Assembly: GCF_018977255.1 (NCBI RefSeq)
Contig: NW_024704742.1
Span: forward strand, 16,184,001 to 16,248,000
DNA: 64,000 nucleotides
Direction: 5' to 3'
DNA from: Callorhinchus milii
Taxonomy: Eukaryota
The position numbers and the translations under genes were made by a program. The notes below the pieces were generated by a model. The model was not told where the DNA came from, did not search any database, and was given only the letters and a program-made list of their open reading frames with translations. Below are positions 1 to 14,400 of this stretch, one piece after another (positions within the stretch are counted from its first letter, which is position 1; every line of letters starts with the position of its first letter).

Positions 1-294
1 ACTGAGTTAATTATTTGTTACTTGAAAAAATTGCCACAAACATAAATGCCCATCAAGGATGCGGAGTGTATTAAAGGTTCGTAAACGTAAATGCACGTGG
101 AAAAGAGAACGCAAAGATGAGTGGAAAAGATAAGGAGACAAAACAAGGCAAATAGGTAGTGAATGGAAACATAAAACAGGAGGAAAATCCTCACCAAATT
201 AGATACCATTTTTTTCCCCCGGTTAAACAGTATAAACAGTGACTAAATGACCTCTAAAAGTTTGTGTGATACAGTTATATACTGTTCTAAGCGA

Positions 295-836
295 TTATAG
301 GTCTCCATCGAGAATGTGGAGGTATTTGCTGGCGTCGGGGAAGCAGAGGTAAGGCGTGCTGTTCCCCGGGTAGAGGACAGGGAAAGAGACGGGCAGCAAA
401 CATCTGCGCAGAAAGCTGCTCTCTTTGTACATGGTTGGCATCTGCACTATCTTGGGCACAGGTTCAGTTGTATTTGTTACCTCCAGTTCGGCGGACAGCT
501 GCCTTTTCAGTTTATTTCTGCGATTCTGGAACCAAATTTTAACCTGGGTCTCAGTCAGTTGTAGAGAGTTCGCCAGACAGGCGCGCTCGGCGCTGCTCAG
601 GTATCTCTTCATGTCAAACGTCGACTCAAGCTGGAAGATCTGGCTTTTGGAAAATATAGTGCGCGTCTTCTTTTTCGCGAGTATTTTAGTTTTCTTGCTG
701 AGTTTGACCCTTGCGGTATCGTCGCTGTTATCGGGCGAATCCAATGATCCAAATGGCTCAGTGTTTTTTACAGTGTGCTTCGCGTCAATGGTGAATTGAA
801 GTGAAGGGGTTGTGAGATAAGCTGTGTTCATCGATT
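295..836 (-). CDS. SOHO1: SOHo1/Hmx4 sensory-organ homeobox, exon 2 (homeodomain and stop)
   Basis: Homeodomain [60 protein letters not shown] followed by SAELE. The TIFSKS and NKLKRQ residues are SOHo-type rather than Hmx1/2/3-type. The acceptor TTTTGTGATGCAG|AA at 837/836 joins exon 1 in frame (phase 1). Confidence 0.88.
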
Positions 837-1202
837 CTGCATCACAAAACCGATCAAAGTCAGATTTCTATTGTGCTATCACTTTAATAAGCATCGCTTT
901 TTTTATATGGGTTTACATTAGAATATAATTACTGAGTATTTAGACCGTGTAAACATTGACCGTAATTCCGGAAACTGCACCTTCTCTTCAACTAAACCTT
1001 TCATGCAAAATATCAACCTCCCTCAATTTGCTGATTTCTAACCTGAAACCAAAGGCCGAATTGGATCAATGCATGCGATTGGATATTTTCAGCGGAATCG
1101 TCGTATTAAATCTTAACAGGCAAAGCGTAGCCCCAGAACAAAAGCTAAAATAAATTATGATGTGCAGAAGACGGAACAAATTGTGTCGGGTGTGCAATTT
1201 AC

Positions 1203-1419
1203 CTTGACTCATTTTTCTGTAGTCTTTCACGTGTCTAATGTCCATTTTTGTGGATTCATTCCGCGGATTTGAATCCGCCATACGCTCTGATATGGCTATG
1301 GCTGGCTGCTTGGCATTGTCGCTTTTAAGCTCTTTGCAGCTGGGACTGGGCTTGAGGATGCTGTCTATGGTAAATTTCAGCGACAGAGGCTGACATTGAA
1401 TGGTCTCTTCCTTATCCAT
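1203..1419 (-). CDS. SOHO1: SOHo1/Hmx4 exon 1
   Basis: ATG at 1419, eh1-like LKFTIDSILK, donor CAAG|GTAAAT at 1203/1202. The exon is 217 nt (phase 1). The spliced CDS is 759 nt, 252 aa. Confidence 0.85.
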
Positions 1420-1539
1420 TATTCCCTGATGTTATGAAGCCCAGTAGATGTAACGTGCTCGTATTGTATCACTAATGTCCTAAAGGTTTCTATAATGATC
1501 TTCGTGCCGTCCTCGTCCCGCCAGCACCATTCCTGCCTG

Positions 1540-1660
1540 ATTACAGCTGCAGTCAGTCATTTCAGACAAAGTTATTCACTCGGTCGGAAAATGGCGGCGC
1601 TGGAATTCTTTCATTGGATGGGATGTAAATAGCCAGATTGATCCAATGGGGAACGAGGGA
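1540..1660 (-). promoter_or_regulatory. Putative SOHo1/Hmx4 proximal promoter
   Basis: Two CCAAT boxes in opposite orientations (~1613-1617, ~1643-1647) in a CpG-containing stretch ~200 bp upstream of the ATG. Confidence 0.4.
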
Positions 1661-1867
1661 AGGCGGGAGTACAGCGTGTCCCATCATTGAAGTCACAATC
1701 CACTGCATCGATTGCATGAGCGAGTGCAATCCTCAAAGCTTAAACCAGCAACTTCCTACCAAGAACCGATAATGATAAAAATGCTGATTAATTTCAGCTG
1801 CAATGTCGAGCAGTAACCATTACACAGTCAGTGTTTGTTTTATTGGTCGGCTGGAGGCAACTTCATA

Positions 1868-2710
1868 CCACAACTTGCATTTATATATATAGTGCCCTTC
1901 ACGCGGGGGTAGCGTCCTGGAGCGCTTGACAATGGCGGGGTCTCACGCTGAGCCAGCGGGAGAGGAGAGGGAGGGAGGGAGGAGGTGACCATAAGCACGA
2001 TCAAAAAGGAAGGTCTTTTAGGCAGGTTGTGAAAGTGAGGAGGGAGGGGCGAGGTGGAGGGATTGAGTTCCAGAGCTTCAGGGCATAGTGGCTGAAGGCA
2101 CGGCCACTGATGGTGGAGAGGAGGGGACAAGGGACAAAACAGGAGGCTGGAGCCAGCCGAGCAGAGGCAGTGGGTGGTGGAGTGGGGGGGTAAGCAGGTC
2201 AGATAGGTAGGGAGGTGCCTAGGGCAGGAAGGGATTGGAAAGTGAGTGGGAGGATTGGGAGCCAGTTGAGTCTGGCAAGCACAGGTGTGATGGGGGTATG
2301 GAGTTTTGTGTGGGTGAGTATCCGGCAGCGGAGTTTTGAATTAATTAGATTTTGTATATGGTGGAACTAGAGAGACCAGCAAAGAGGGCATTAGAATAGT
2401 CCAACTGGGAAGTGACAAATGTGTGCTGCATTGGTTGGGAAGTATGGACGGAGGCTGACAATGTGACGGAGGTGGAAAAATTTGTCCTGGTCAGAGAATG
2501 GATGTGGGGTAGAAAGGAAAGCGAGGATCGAACCTGAGGCCTAAGTTGTGCATGGATTCAGCGAGTCTGAGGGAGAGCCTGGGGAGGTTGATGAGTTCAG
2601 ACCCATGTGAGAGAAAATGTTGACAGGAGCCAAAGAGTATGGCTTCCATCTTGCTGACATTCAGCTGCAGGAAATTTGCACTCATTCAGGCCTTGATATC
2701 GGTCAAGCAA
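1868..2710 (-). mobile_element. L2-clade LINE 3' fragment
   Basis: Degenerate RT C-terminal remnants (MSANFLQLNVSKMEAI.., NLGLRFD). The L2-type tail (…GAAGGGCACTATATA…AATGCAAGTTG on the minus strand) is at ~1870-1930. Confidence 0.75.
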
Positions 2711-4604
2711 ACAAGATACAGGCATCTTCCACATGCTCTGCTATTGTTGCATGAATTATGTTACTACAATCAATTGCATCTATCCTGTCAGTAATGTAAA
2801 TGAGTTGCCTTGTATCTTGATCTTTCGCCCCCACACACACTGTTTGCATCTATACATTGATATTTTATATTATTTTGTTGCAGGGGAAGACGAGCAGATG
2901 GCCAGTCATTGGGTGAGATGATATTACCTGCTCGGAACAAGGAATAGCGAAGGGTCTGACAGTGACAGTGAGAGCTCTGACCTTTTAACTCAGTTAGCAA
3001 TTTCCATAATGCTCGGGGTTAGCCACTCTGTTCTGTAATAGCCCTGCTTCTCTCGGCCCCCGCCTGCAGGCTCCTAGCTGGGCATGTCATCAATATTATA
3101 GATCAAGAACACGGCAAAGCTGCTTCAGTGCATGCTGTTGGCCATCCATTGGCGATTCTCCAAATTCAAACATTCAGGTAAGAGACCCCGCTTTGTTAAA
3201 GCGCAACTACACTGTGCGATGCAGCTGAGTCCAGCACAGCTCTTTCCACACGTTTTGATCACTGAGTATATTGTGTACATTCGTGTCCTTCCAAATGTTC
3301 AACCCTCTGAGCTTAATGACTCACACAGTTCACACTGTTTTATTCTATTGGCCGCTTGTTCACACTGTCCCGTAAACTAACCTGCTCCTGTTACATATCT
3401 GTTTACCCACTTCTCCTATAGTACTGTACTGAAATGATGGTGTTGTGAATTCAGAGCGCTTCGCTCTTATACGGGATCTCTTATAGCCTTCTCACATTGC
3501 GTCAGGACTCTGTATTAAGGCTGGATGCTTGGAGCAAAGCAGCATCAGCAACAAAACACGTTTACCATTCCCTCCATCTCTCTCGCCGTATTTACCTCTT
3601 CGTATTTCCTGTGCTTTGCTTAAATCCTTGGGGAAATAAGACCTGCTTTTGATCGGAGTGGTGACTGTGAAGGAGCTGGTCCTTGGGGCGTGACCTCCAG
3701 AGGCAGGAGTGGGTTCCCCGCCTAACCTCGTTCCCACGGTGGGACTGAAACTCAGTTTCCTTCCATCCACAATTACCACAGGCTCGGCTCCTCCATAATC
3801 CACTCCAATTTACCGGCTCAATAGCTGAGTGTATTCTCGCAGAATTGGCATATTTGCAATTAAAACTGTTAAGTGAATCGCCTAAAACCTATCACCACTT
3901 TCAGGAGGTTTCCAGTTCTGACCCTGTTCTCAGCTATGATGCTGTTCAGGCGCCCAAAAATATCACGAGGAGACACTCAGCTTTTTTTGTATTTTAAAAA
4001 AAAGCCATCGTTGCTCTGTCGCGGTGCATTGAAGCTCCATTCTGATAGGGTCAGCGAGGTCTCTTTTGTCAACGCCTGAATGATCTTTTATATTAACCTG
4101 CTGAAGAGGTTTGCCGTTTGTTTTTTTTTAGCAGAATTCATATTCTTTCAAGCTTCAGCGACCGCAGCAGAGGAACCATTATGGTTCAGACGCTGCATTT
4201 AGAAACCTGGCAGCTCAGGATAGGAATGCACAGCATCTCTTTGATCGTGCTATCGGTCATCGCTCCTCTGCCCCTACCCCCAGCCTAGTTCGGTTGCTTA
4301 GGCAGCATTGTCAAGCGCTCTGAGACGTCCTACCAACTTGAAGGACGCTATAGATATATATATATATTGCAATGTACACCCTCGTATGTCTATCTGACTG
4401 GTCCGCAAGGAGAGCGAGTGATTTTATAACAATCTTTCCGTTTGATATAATGACTTTCATGTCGAAAGGATGTCTCAGAATGCTTCAGTGTAGACACTGT
4501 GTATTTTGTAGATGAACATCTAATAAATGCATATATTGCTCAATGGGAGGAACATACAGCACGCGATCTGATAATTATCACGATCTGCTTCCCATATCTC
4601 ACAG

Positions 4605-5430
4605 CGTGGCTCAGATGTTAGGACCTTCACTTCTGGGTAAGAAAGTGATGGGTTAAAACCCCAATTCAGGACTTTGAACTCCACTGCAGTAATGCTAGAG
4701 GCTGCATTGTCAGAGTGTGCTGCCCTTTTCTCTTTTAAACATCGAAATATAGGGGGAAATGAACTGAAAGAGGCCATTTAGCCCATCAAGTCTGTTTCAC
4801 CATTTATTTGATCATAGCAATTACTTTATTCTCAATAAGCCAGCTGCGGGAGAGGCCACGGGTTACAGCATTCTGGATGATTTGCAGCCTATAGAGGGAA
4901 GAGATGGGGAGGCCGACAAGCAAGGAGTTTGCACAGTCAAGTCTCAATGTAATGAAAGCATGTATGAGGGACATTAAACATCTGCATTGTAAAAAAAAAC
5001 ATTCATACATTTGGTGCCCTTCATGTAAGGTAGCCTCTTGGAGCACTTAACAATGGCCTTGTTTGATACTGAATCCAGGAGATTACTATAGGTATGATCC
5101 AAGAGGAAATTCTTCAGTTGTGATCTGAAAATGGACAAAAAGGTGTCAAGGCAGAAAGATTGAGACAGGGAGTTCCAGAGGGTCAGGAACATAGTGCCTG
5201 GAAGCATAGCCACCAATGGTGGAGTGGAGGGGTCAAGGGAAGTGCATCTGCTTGTTCAAGTTGTTTGCTTGTTCATAGTGTTGTTGAAGATCCCATGATA
5301 CTATTCCAAGAGAAAGGAGTTCTCCTGGTTTCCTGGCATCAATCCTCAAGATTCATTATTCATTTACTTCATGGCTATTTAGAAATTGTTACTGAACAAA
5401 TTGATTGCTGCATCTTTGCCAAATAGTTAT
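4605..5430 (+). mobile_element. Old Deu-domain tRNA-SINE, split by an inserted L2 fragment
   Basis: SINE head GTGGCTCAG…GGGTTAAAACCC at ~4605-4725 and Deu-like body AAGATCCCATGATACTATT…GGAGTTCTCCTGG at ~5287-5430. These are interrupted by minus-strand L2 sequence (LIHAFITLRLDCANSLLVGLP, ~4840-5240). Confidence 0.6.
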
Positions 5431-8400
5431 CCAATTACACCCGTGCTTGTCGATGTTGAATTGCAAATTTATAACTATCTTGGATGGGGGTAATGAAGGT
5501 AATCAGGATCTATTTGGGATTGAGGTGGCTCCGAGATGATAGAACATTGGAATTGTGTTGATCCTCTGTGCCAGTGTCAGAAGAACAGCAACTGAACCAG
5601 AGGTCTACTCTGACATTATTAATGATGGACCAGAATTTATTATTTGCAGAATTTGGAGAAATAGACTAGTTGCTGGATGCTGACCAGTTGCTCTATTACA
5701 GCTTTCCCATGCACGCCAAAGCTGTAATAGATATGGCGACCGTATTTGGAAAAGCAGTGGGAAGCTTGCCAGTGTTCAAGTTGTGCAACTTTAATGGAAC
5801 AGTACTCCAGTGCACACTCTGGGATCCCCAAGCCTTGGTCTTGTCAACCTGCATCTAAATACCCCAAGTTTGACTAAGCAGAATATATCTCTCTGGGGAA
5901 AGAGTATGGATCTTTATCACACAACCAAAACTCTTACATAAATGGAACTCTGAGGAGTTTGTTTTAGAGTTTCATATACGTGATGAGAGGTATCCACATG
6001 TTTTAATTTGTTGACACAAACCAGGTAACGATGCTATATGTAGAAGCCACATAGTCATCTCCACTTACTCAGATCTAGAAACTAATGTGTGATACTCACA
6101 GGAATTCAACTAAAAGCTGATTGAATTACAGATAATCATTGTAAATGTAGATAACCCTGTATGAAATATTACAAATTCAAAGTAAACTTGAAACTCACTA
6201 ATTTCTATTGAAAATATCTGATATTTTACATTGCATTATTTGCTAAATCAGTTTTTTTTCTTTTTCGTTGGTTATCAAGTTGTCAATTCATAGTGTACCA
6301 CTGCAAGGTGGAATTTTATCAGTGCAGCAGTTATCAATATGTATCAGAGAAACCCAATATCTAAGCAGTTCTATTTCTTCCTCCTGTAAAACATGTTACA
6401 GTAGCACACAGCATGTGCAGCATAATTCATTCTGGCCAATTCCCAAAGGCCCAAATTGGAGTTATGCAACATATGTTATGTAGCATAGCTTCACATTGTT
6501 TATGAGGTGGAATATTTCAGAATTGCTTAAACTGGTGTTATTCTCCAGGGAGGAATTGATTCACTGAACATCAGCAGTAATATAACTCTGATCCAATTGA
6601 AGCAAATCAAAGCCAACTTTTAAAATTCAAACCTTTTAAAATTCAGACAAATTGAAACTTCTGGAAAAAAATACGAAGAGCTGAGAGTCGTTGACTTGTG
6701 GGCGTCAGCGATTCTCAGTTCTTCATAGCTGTTTTGCAAAAATAATAATATCCACACTGCATAGCAGAGCCCTTACTTCACCACCACTGAGAATAGAATT
6801 AGTTTAATTTCAGTTTGCTGACTCGATTCGAATTGTGTTGAAACGGTGTATGTGATGCAATATCAAGAAAGACCTCCAGCAAAGCCACGTTGTTCCCTGC
6901 AATATAATATAGTGATGTGGGACAAGGATGACTGTGTTATGCCTCCTGCTCTAACTCGCATTCAATCAAGGCCAGGAAGAAAATCTTGGCGCATGCACCG
7001 AACAACAAAATCAACTTGTTTTGTGTTTTTAAAGAGCCAGACCGAGAGACCTTTTAAAATTACATCCAAAGTCAATTTATTAAAATCACAAGTACCCAAG
7101 TATAATGGCTGTACTCTCAGGTTGGTTTGAATACCCTTAAGCATGGTGATGGGTTTCGGCATGTGTCAGGCACCCAGGTGACCCATAAAATACCCAAGTA
7201 GATGCAAATTTCACTGTTCTTGAAACTCCCCCCACCATGTACTGTGAAGAACTGTGTTCTAGCAGAGTAAGGTTACCCAAAACACCATTCATACTGTTGA
7301 TTTACAACAAACCCAATTTCCTTTGTCTCCGGTGATTGAGAACCTGACGATTCATCACCAAACGTCCAATAAAGCACAACATTGTATCGGTGGAAGCAAT
7401 TCACGATCACGTTTGGCAATAAAATAATTAGAAGCAAGAACTCTAACGTACATTAAAAGTCACATTGGCCGGGGGGGTTGTCTCGCAGAGGAGAGCTCTG
7501 TACTCGATTAATAGTGTAATGCAAATAATTCTGCTAACTGCAACTGAACATCAATTAGTTTCTAATGTTATTCAAGAATTTGGTGTGCCACAAGTTCTGC
7601 AGTACATTAGAAAGCCCCCTCCTTTCAAAGCTCTTGAGTACTCGCCTGCTCAACCGATCCGCGATTTTTTGTCTCAAATCCGAATTATACTGCGATTTTG
7701 CATCCATGTAATACAATGGCACTTGCATCTGCGAGAAAAGGTGCAATACAGCATACCTAGTGGGTATAGCTTCCCATGTACACATTGGATAAATTTTCAA
7801 ATTTACATTGTATTAGGTCACGTTTATTGGTTCAGGAATACATTTGTTGTAGCTAAGGTAATCTTATTTTTCTGAGCTGATATATGCTTAATAATTTTAA
7901 ATTGCAAAAATCTTAAACCACTTTTAATACCATTTCACCTTGTTTTTCGACATTACTGGAGTTAGATCAGTGCATAATCTCACCGTGTCTAGATTTGCTC
8001 AAAAAAGGTAACGTTCAGTACGCACAGAATTTGACAAATTGTTAACTCTTAACGTTTAAGCCAATCTTCTGTTGTTTCTTAAAATACCTCACAGAAAACC
8101 AGCTTCGAAATTAAGCCTGAATTTAAGAATTTACCAAATTCTGGATGCTATGAAATGCTACATTGCTAGAGTAAATCTAGACCAAGTGCAATTTTACCCC
8201 TATCATGTCATGAAGAAAATTTGTCCTGAAGTTTCTATCTGGCTCAATGTTGACATCATGCACTAGATGCCGAGTTATGCTAGTTAGTTTAAAAAGATAC
8301 AATTGCTCTCTAATCAAAATGTTTTCTTTTAAAATCTATTACGAGAATAAACGAACAATGTCCGTGGTGCAGACCATCCCACAAGGTTAAGAAGAATAAA

Positions 8401-11400
8401 AAAAAGAGTACACGATGTGTCAAGATCCAGTGATAAAGTGACTTTTGGTTCAAATCGCTATAGATTGTAAGAAAAAGGAAAACTCGGCGATATTACCGGG
8501 TTGGGCAAGAATTCATTATTACCATCTTTCATACTGGAGGTTGTGTGACACAATTTATCGACATCAACTTCACCAAATCGTTCTCAAAGGCTCTAAGCAA
8601 TGCACTATAGATGGATTTTTCTCCATGTGCGTGGAGCTCCACTATCTGACACTGAACACTATTTAATTCTAGGACGATATTGTAGAATCTCTTTCCAGCA
8701 GCAATCTAATAGCAAAATCAGAAAAAAGTCTGAATAAAAAAAACTACACTTCGGTCCATTTAAACTCTCAGATTAATCTCCTAAATTACCTTTTTTTACC
8801 ATTCTGCGGTAGCAGCAGCAAATTGCGTTTAAATCCATCCAACGTGTTGGCCTTCATCACCCTTCCCAGTCATCACATCCAGTCATTAATTACCCTCTAA
8901 ATAAGGAAACACTTTCTGGTGCCTGTCATACAATTGCTATTTGCAATACTGAACCTGTGTTTACTCGCTCTGCCATCTCACATCATAAATCTTAAAGCTG
9001 GTCCAATTGACTGCTCAAGAACATTTGAACGTTTTGGTTTAAATCTCGTTTGGAGGTGATTGTTGTAAATAAAATAGTATGTGGTAAAGTACCCTTCTTG
9101 TATAAAATACCCTTCTTCGGTTTCTGAAGATCAGATATAAACGCAGCCACAAAGAACTATACCTCGTTGAGAACGTATTGCGTTCAAATCGTGGACCGTA
9201 ATTAAAGACAAAACACTTACAAAATACAATAACATCGATTTGTACTAAGATTTTTTTCAGATACTGCTTTTGACATCTGTTTTACAGCAGCAAGAACCTC
9301 AATAAATCCATCTGCAACTAAAAAAGTTAAATTAGCACTTTCACTTCTGAAGACGTTATCGATTGCTATTGACGCAATGTTAATTGAAGAGATGAAACTT
9401 GTTGTCTTCTCAAATGTGTCCTCTCTCTCTCTCTCTCTGGGTGACATGAACAACTATGCACTTCCACACTCAGTAACTCATGTCTGACTCGAAAGGAGCA
9501 AAGTAAAAAGTTTCTTTAGTTGTCTCACATCGGTAGAGATGGCACTGACAATTGTCAATAGGAAACGTCTGATGTTCATCTTAGCCATCCATAAACAAAT
9601 CCAATAATGAAGGCGAGACAGGAAAAAAACAATTGTTGTGTTTAACTTGCATGTGCAAAATGATACAGTTCACAGATATATGGTCATTATTTAGCTCCTA
9701 GTCAAAATCATGCAATGGCGAAAATGTATTTAATAAATGACCGCAGTCAGGTTGGGTTATGGAATTATAGCAGCAGTTTAATTTTTTGTTCCAATGAAGT
9801 ATTTATGATTATTCTACCTCGTGTGTTTTTGCATTGCGGTTGTGGATAGAATTAAAATGCCCATCTCACAATGATAGACAAAAGATAGACATCAATCTGT
9901 TTTTCCATACTGTAGGGGATACATATTTAACCTGGTAAAAGCAGTTTCACGAAACTTCTGCTTGAAAAAAATATCGTTTTTCAAATCCTAGTGTAGAATA
10001 AGCGACTGGAGGATTTACTTAAATCTGTACTCACACCCAGACAGTCTTAGTTTAACCGCTTATCATTTTCTACAATTTATTTTTACTTAAAGAAAGAAGG
10101 GGAACAGAAATAACTGTAATCTCTCAATACGGTGCTATCTGTTAGAAAAGTCAAGATTTGTGATATTCTGTAATTCTTTTCCCTGACACACTGAATTGAA
10201 ATAACGATGATATCAAACTGAGAGTCCTTTCAATTTGTAAAGAATATTGATGCTTCTTAACTAATGGTGCAATGAGGAAAGAAGGTAGATATGATATTAT
10301 CGTTATTTTACTCTGCATATCGGCTGGATATTAACACATAATCAGAAGGAACCATTTAGCAATCAAACCAGTTTATGCACTATGAAACATTATTTTTCTA
10401 CGGCAGGGTTTTTTCTTTTCCCTCATATACACACAGACCGAAATACAGAGACTTACGAAGTCCATGAGCACACACAGAAATCCTATCCTTCAACAGATAC
10501 GATACATTAACTATATTCGGGGTTATTCAGTACAAATCTACTACAATAAATTGAAGCTTCCTGAACCTGAATCCCAAACTGTTTGCCAGTTTTTCTACAA
10601 TATTCTTAGGTGGACATCAAAAACTTAACACCAAATATTCTAATAGAAACAAAAAAATCTTTCAATGAAACGGTATTTGAAAGAGCAAGTCTCATGTTTT
10701 GCTTTGCCTCTTCATCAGATCTGAAACTGTGGGAAATTCTGTCTGATACTGGAGGACAGGCGGGACCGGCCAAGAAAGCAAAACAAATATCGCTTAAATT
10801 GCTCATTCAAATGTAGAATTCCAATGCAACAGGCAGTAGAAACTAAAAACAATGTTCACTAAAAGGTTCACAGCCAGGAGAATCTCTACCAAATCTCTAT
10901 CAAGGAATCTCTTATACTTTGTTTTCGAATAGGTATCAGATACCGTTCAATTTTCCATATATTGAACTTTTTTTCAGAAAATAAATGTTTTGAGCAGCAA
11001 TATTCTTTGGGTTGCCTCAAACTGTATCTTTCAAGAGTACGTAATCAAACATATCTAATCAGTCTATGAATTTCTGATAGCTTGAGATGCTCGATTTTAT
11101 AGTGAAAGCGCAATTTCGATCCTAAATTTAAAATTGCCTCTATGGATTTATATGCTGAGTGTTGAAATGGTTGTCATTTGATTTAAGAAAGGGACTGTAT
11201 AAGTTTCGTCTTCTTACCTTCACCCTTTTGCATTTTTTGGAGGGGAGGTTACGGGAGGGAAAGAGCAAAGGGAAATTCAACCTGTTTGTGATTTCACAGA
11301 AACGATTTCACACAATGTTATTTTGTTCTACTTAGAAAATATCAAATCTATCTCACGGTTTTTGTAAAAATTCAGAGCCTTTGCAGCAGTTCGCACTATT

Positions 11401-14400
11401 CGTACCTATTAGCTAAAGACTGCGTAAAGATTTTTTCAAATGTAAAAATTGCTGTAAATGCACTTATGAAGTAGAGAAAGAGAGCCTAAGTTCCTCGCAT
11501 TTCTGAAAAAAAATTATATCTGAAATTAAATATTTCTTTCGGATTGTGATTGTTCTACTATGCATTGCATTTCCATCATTTATTGCTCCGTTTTTTCTGG
11601 TTTCTGTCGTAAGCTCTTTTCCAAATCATTGTATTAACAACTTTTCAAGGTAAAGCAAATTTAAGATAAACAATTATACATCAACATAAAACCTAGCCCA
11701 CATATTTTCTCCACTAATGCAGAAGTTAGGCGAGACATTAGAATTACAGCAAGTTTTACAGAAAAACCTAACAACGATTGAAAGCAGGGATGCGAACGAG
11801 TACTTCTACAAAAGGCTGCACTATAAAAGGCAAAGAGTATACGATAATGCAAATGCAGAAGTATATTACAAGGAGTTATAGATTGCCATTTGATTATGGT
11901 TTCCTTCCTGTTCATATCATCTAATCTAGCTCCATTAAACCATTGCACCAGACTCATGAACTGGCAACCTGAGTGCTATTGATATGTACCAGTTGGTTGA
12001 CTACATTGTGAATCTTCTTACAAATAGGAGGTCGAGCACTCGAGTTTCCTACGCACAGTATAGCACCACATAATAGTCAATACTACACCTATGATTTTTT
12101 TATGGGGAGTAAAATTATAACTAAGTCGCATTGTTGAAAATATTAGAAAACTGCGATTTCAGCAAATGATATCTGTATATTCGGTCGGATAATTTGACTG
12201 TTTTATACAAATGAGTCTTGTGAAATGGTCTGTTGTGGTCTGTTATAACGAAGGATCGTTAATTCCAAGTTAATGGTCAATATGCTGCATGTTGGTGGTT
12301 TCCCGCTGGTTCTGGTTATTACAATAATCCTCGCGTTTATTATAGTGTCTTTCAGGTCGAGAGAATATCTCAAAACAAGTCACAGGACGTATATGGTGAC
12401 TCTATATTGTTGTAGGCCAACCAGTGGGCATCTGCACAGCTTTCGTTTGTAGTCGAGGATTCTGCCTGGAAACATCGTTTTCAAGCAGGGAGGGGACACT
12501 CAGTATTCCTCGGAAACAAAAAAATCTACACTTTTCAGTACCAGCATATATCCAGCACCCATAGAGTTACTCAATGACAGAAAGGTGGACACATTGAACA
12601 TGCAATTCAACACTTACCCAATTCAAACTATCGATTGAACTATTTACAACTACAGATAAAAAGCATATCAAGTGATATCACAAATAGCAGTTATTAAAAA
12701 CAGTTCGGAGTGAATGGCAATTGGTATGTCCTGTCAGTTTAAATTCCTTATAATTCAATTTATAATGTCAAATTCCTTATAAAAAGGCTCACAGAGAATT
12801 CATGTATTGAATATTGGCCGTATTCGTCGAATGTTAATGCCGTTCTTTATGAAAAATGATGGGATTTTTTTTACAGAATCAGTGACATATTTTATCAGCA
12901 TATTTGCAACAATTAAACATGATGTCAGCAGTAACATAAATCATGTCCCTGTCTTCTCAAAGCCATGAGGTGTTTTGTTAGTTAATGTGCTGAATTTCAT
13001 GTCAGGAATAATAAAATGTCAGTCTTCTTTAATGATTGGATGCTATTCCCTATTCTACTTTTTTTTTTAAAAAGAATTACCTCCGAGGAGTGTTCTTCCA
13101 ATATCAGCCAACCTTGATCTCACAGTTAAAGATAAATCACAGACAACGTTGACTTCACAATTATTATTTTTGATAAACTGCGTGTCTGACACATGTCGAA
13201 ACATTCAAACATCTTCACATCACCATTCGTAAAAGTACCCAAACTAAGAGTGCCACATATGTCCGCCACCTAAGCATAGAAATGCCACTGTGACTGTAAT
13301 GGAGAACCCGCTCTTTCCACGGAGGGAGACACTGTACTTACTTAATTCCCGAGAGTTGGGGGCGCGGGTTGGCAAGAGCCAAGGCATGAAGACCCCAGAC
13401 TGTGCGTTGAGGTATTGCTGCAGTTTAAACAGCTAAAACCACATAGCTTGCACAATTAAAACCGCAGCTAATGGCACATTAGCAGGCCGAATTAGGTCAG
13501 ATCATACAAATAATTCCTATTGATTATCGCTTGTCGATATTTGCCCACTCATGTAAAACTTCGCGCCAGTCAGCCTGAGAGGTTGCAAACAAAACGCATA
13601 TATAGATACCCCATCACTTTTATTTCATAACTTTGGGAGCAAAACATATTTTTCAATGTAACCATTGGAAAATAAAACCATCAAAGACGCGGCGAAACTT
13701 GTTTGCAGAACTTTCAAAGTTATGGACACCGGTGGAGCTGGTTGTCCGAATAACAGAATTGTTAAATAATTCAAATAGTTGCACCGATATAATCCTGAAA
13801 AAAGAGGAATCCATAAAGCAACTGTGCAAGAAAGTTGCAGCTAAAATAATTCAAACGTACAGCATACATAAATGACACATATCTTTTCTATGGTAATAGC
13901 ACTTAAATATCTCTCAATTGCAACCACACATGCTATTAAAATACGTAAATTCACAATCAAGAGATTCGTTCTTGCAATGCAAAGCCAGAACAGAAAAGTA
14001 CGCACTTGGAATTGAGGCAAATATGGATTTTTTTATTGACTGTATCCACTGATATGTTGTATGACATAACAGTGTATATATAGATCATTCTAATAAGGAT
14101 ATGTGACGAAAATATGATTTCGCAAAAACAGACATCACTCCCACCTTCAAATGATTTCCCGCTACTGTATTGGCTATTAAACATTGCATATGCAATCTTG
14201 CAATTTGTATTTATTATTTATATTTATTGCATCCAATAAGGAGAACTGTTTACAGTATTATGTATTGTGGACGAGATCACAAACCACATTCGTTACGAAT
14301 GTGAGTGCATTAATGAAAAGGTTAACATGAAGAGCACAATGTAAAACCAGAACAGTAATATAACACCCACTGTGTGTCTGTGTAGACTACCCCAGCACTG

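Noticed and set aside
295..1419. Calling the first gene HMX2
   Set aside because: It shares ERACLA and SAELE with Hmx2, but TIFSKS, VKIWF, NKLKRQ and its position 3' of Hmx1 fit SOHo1/Hmx4 better.
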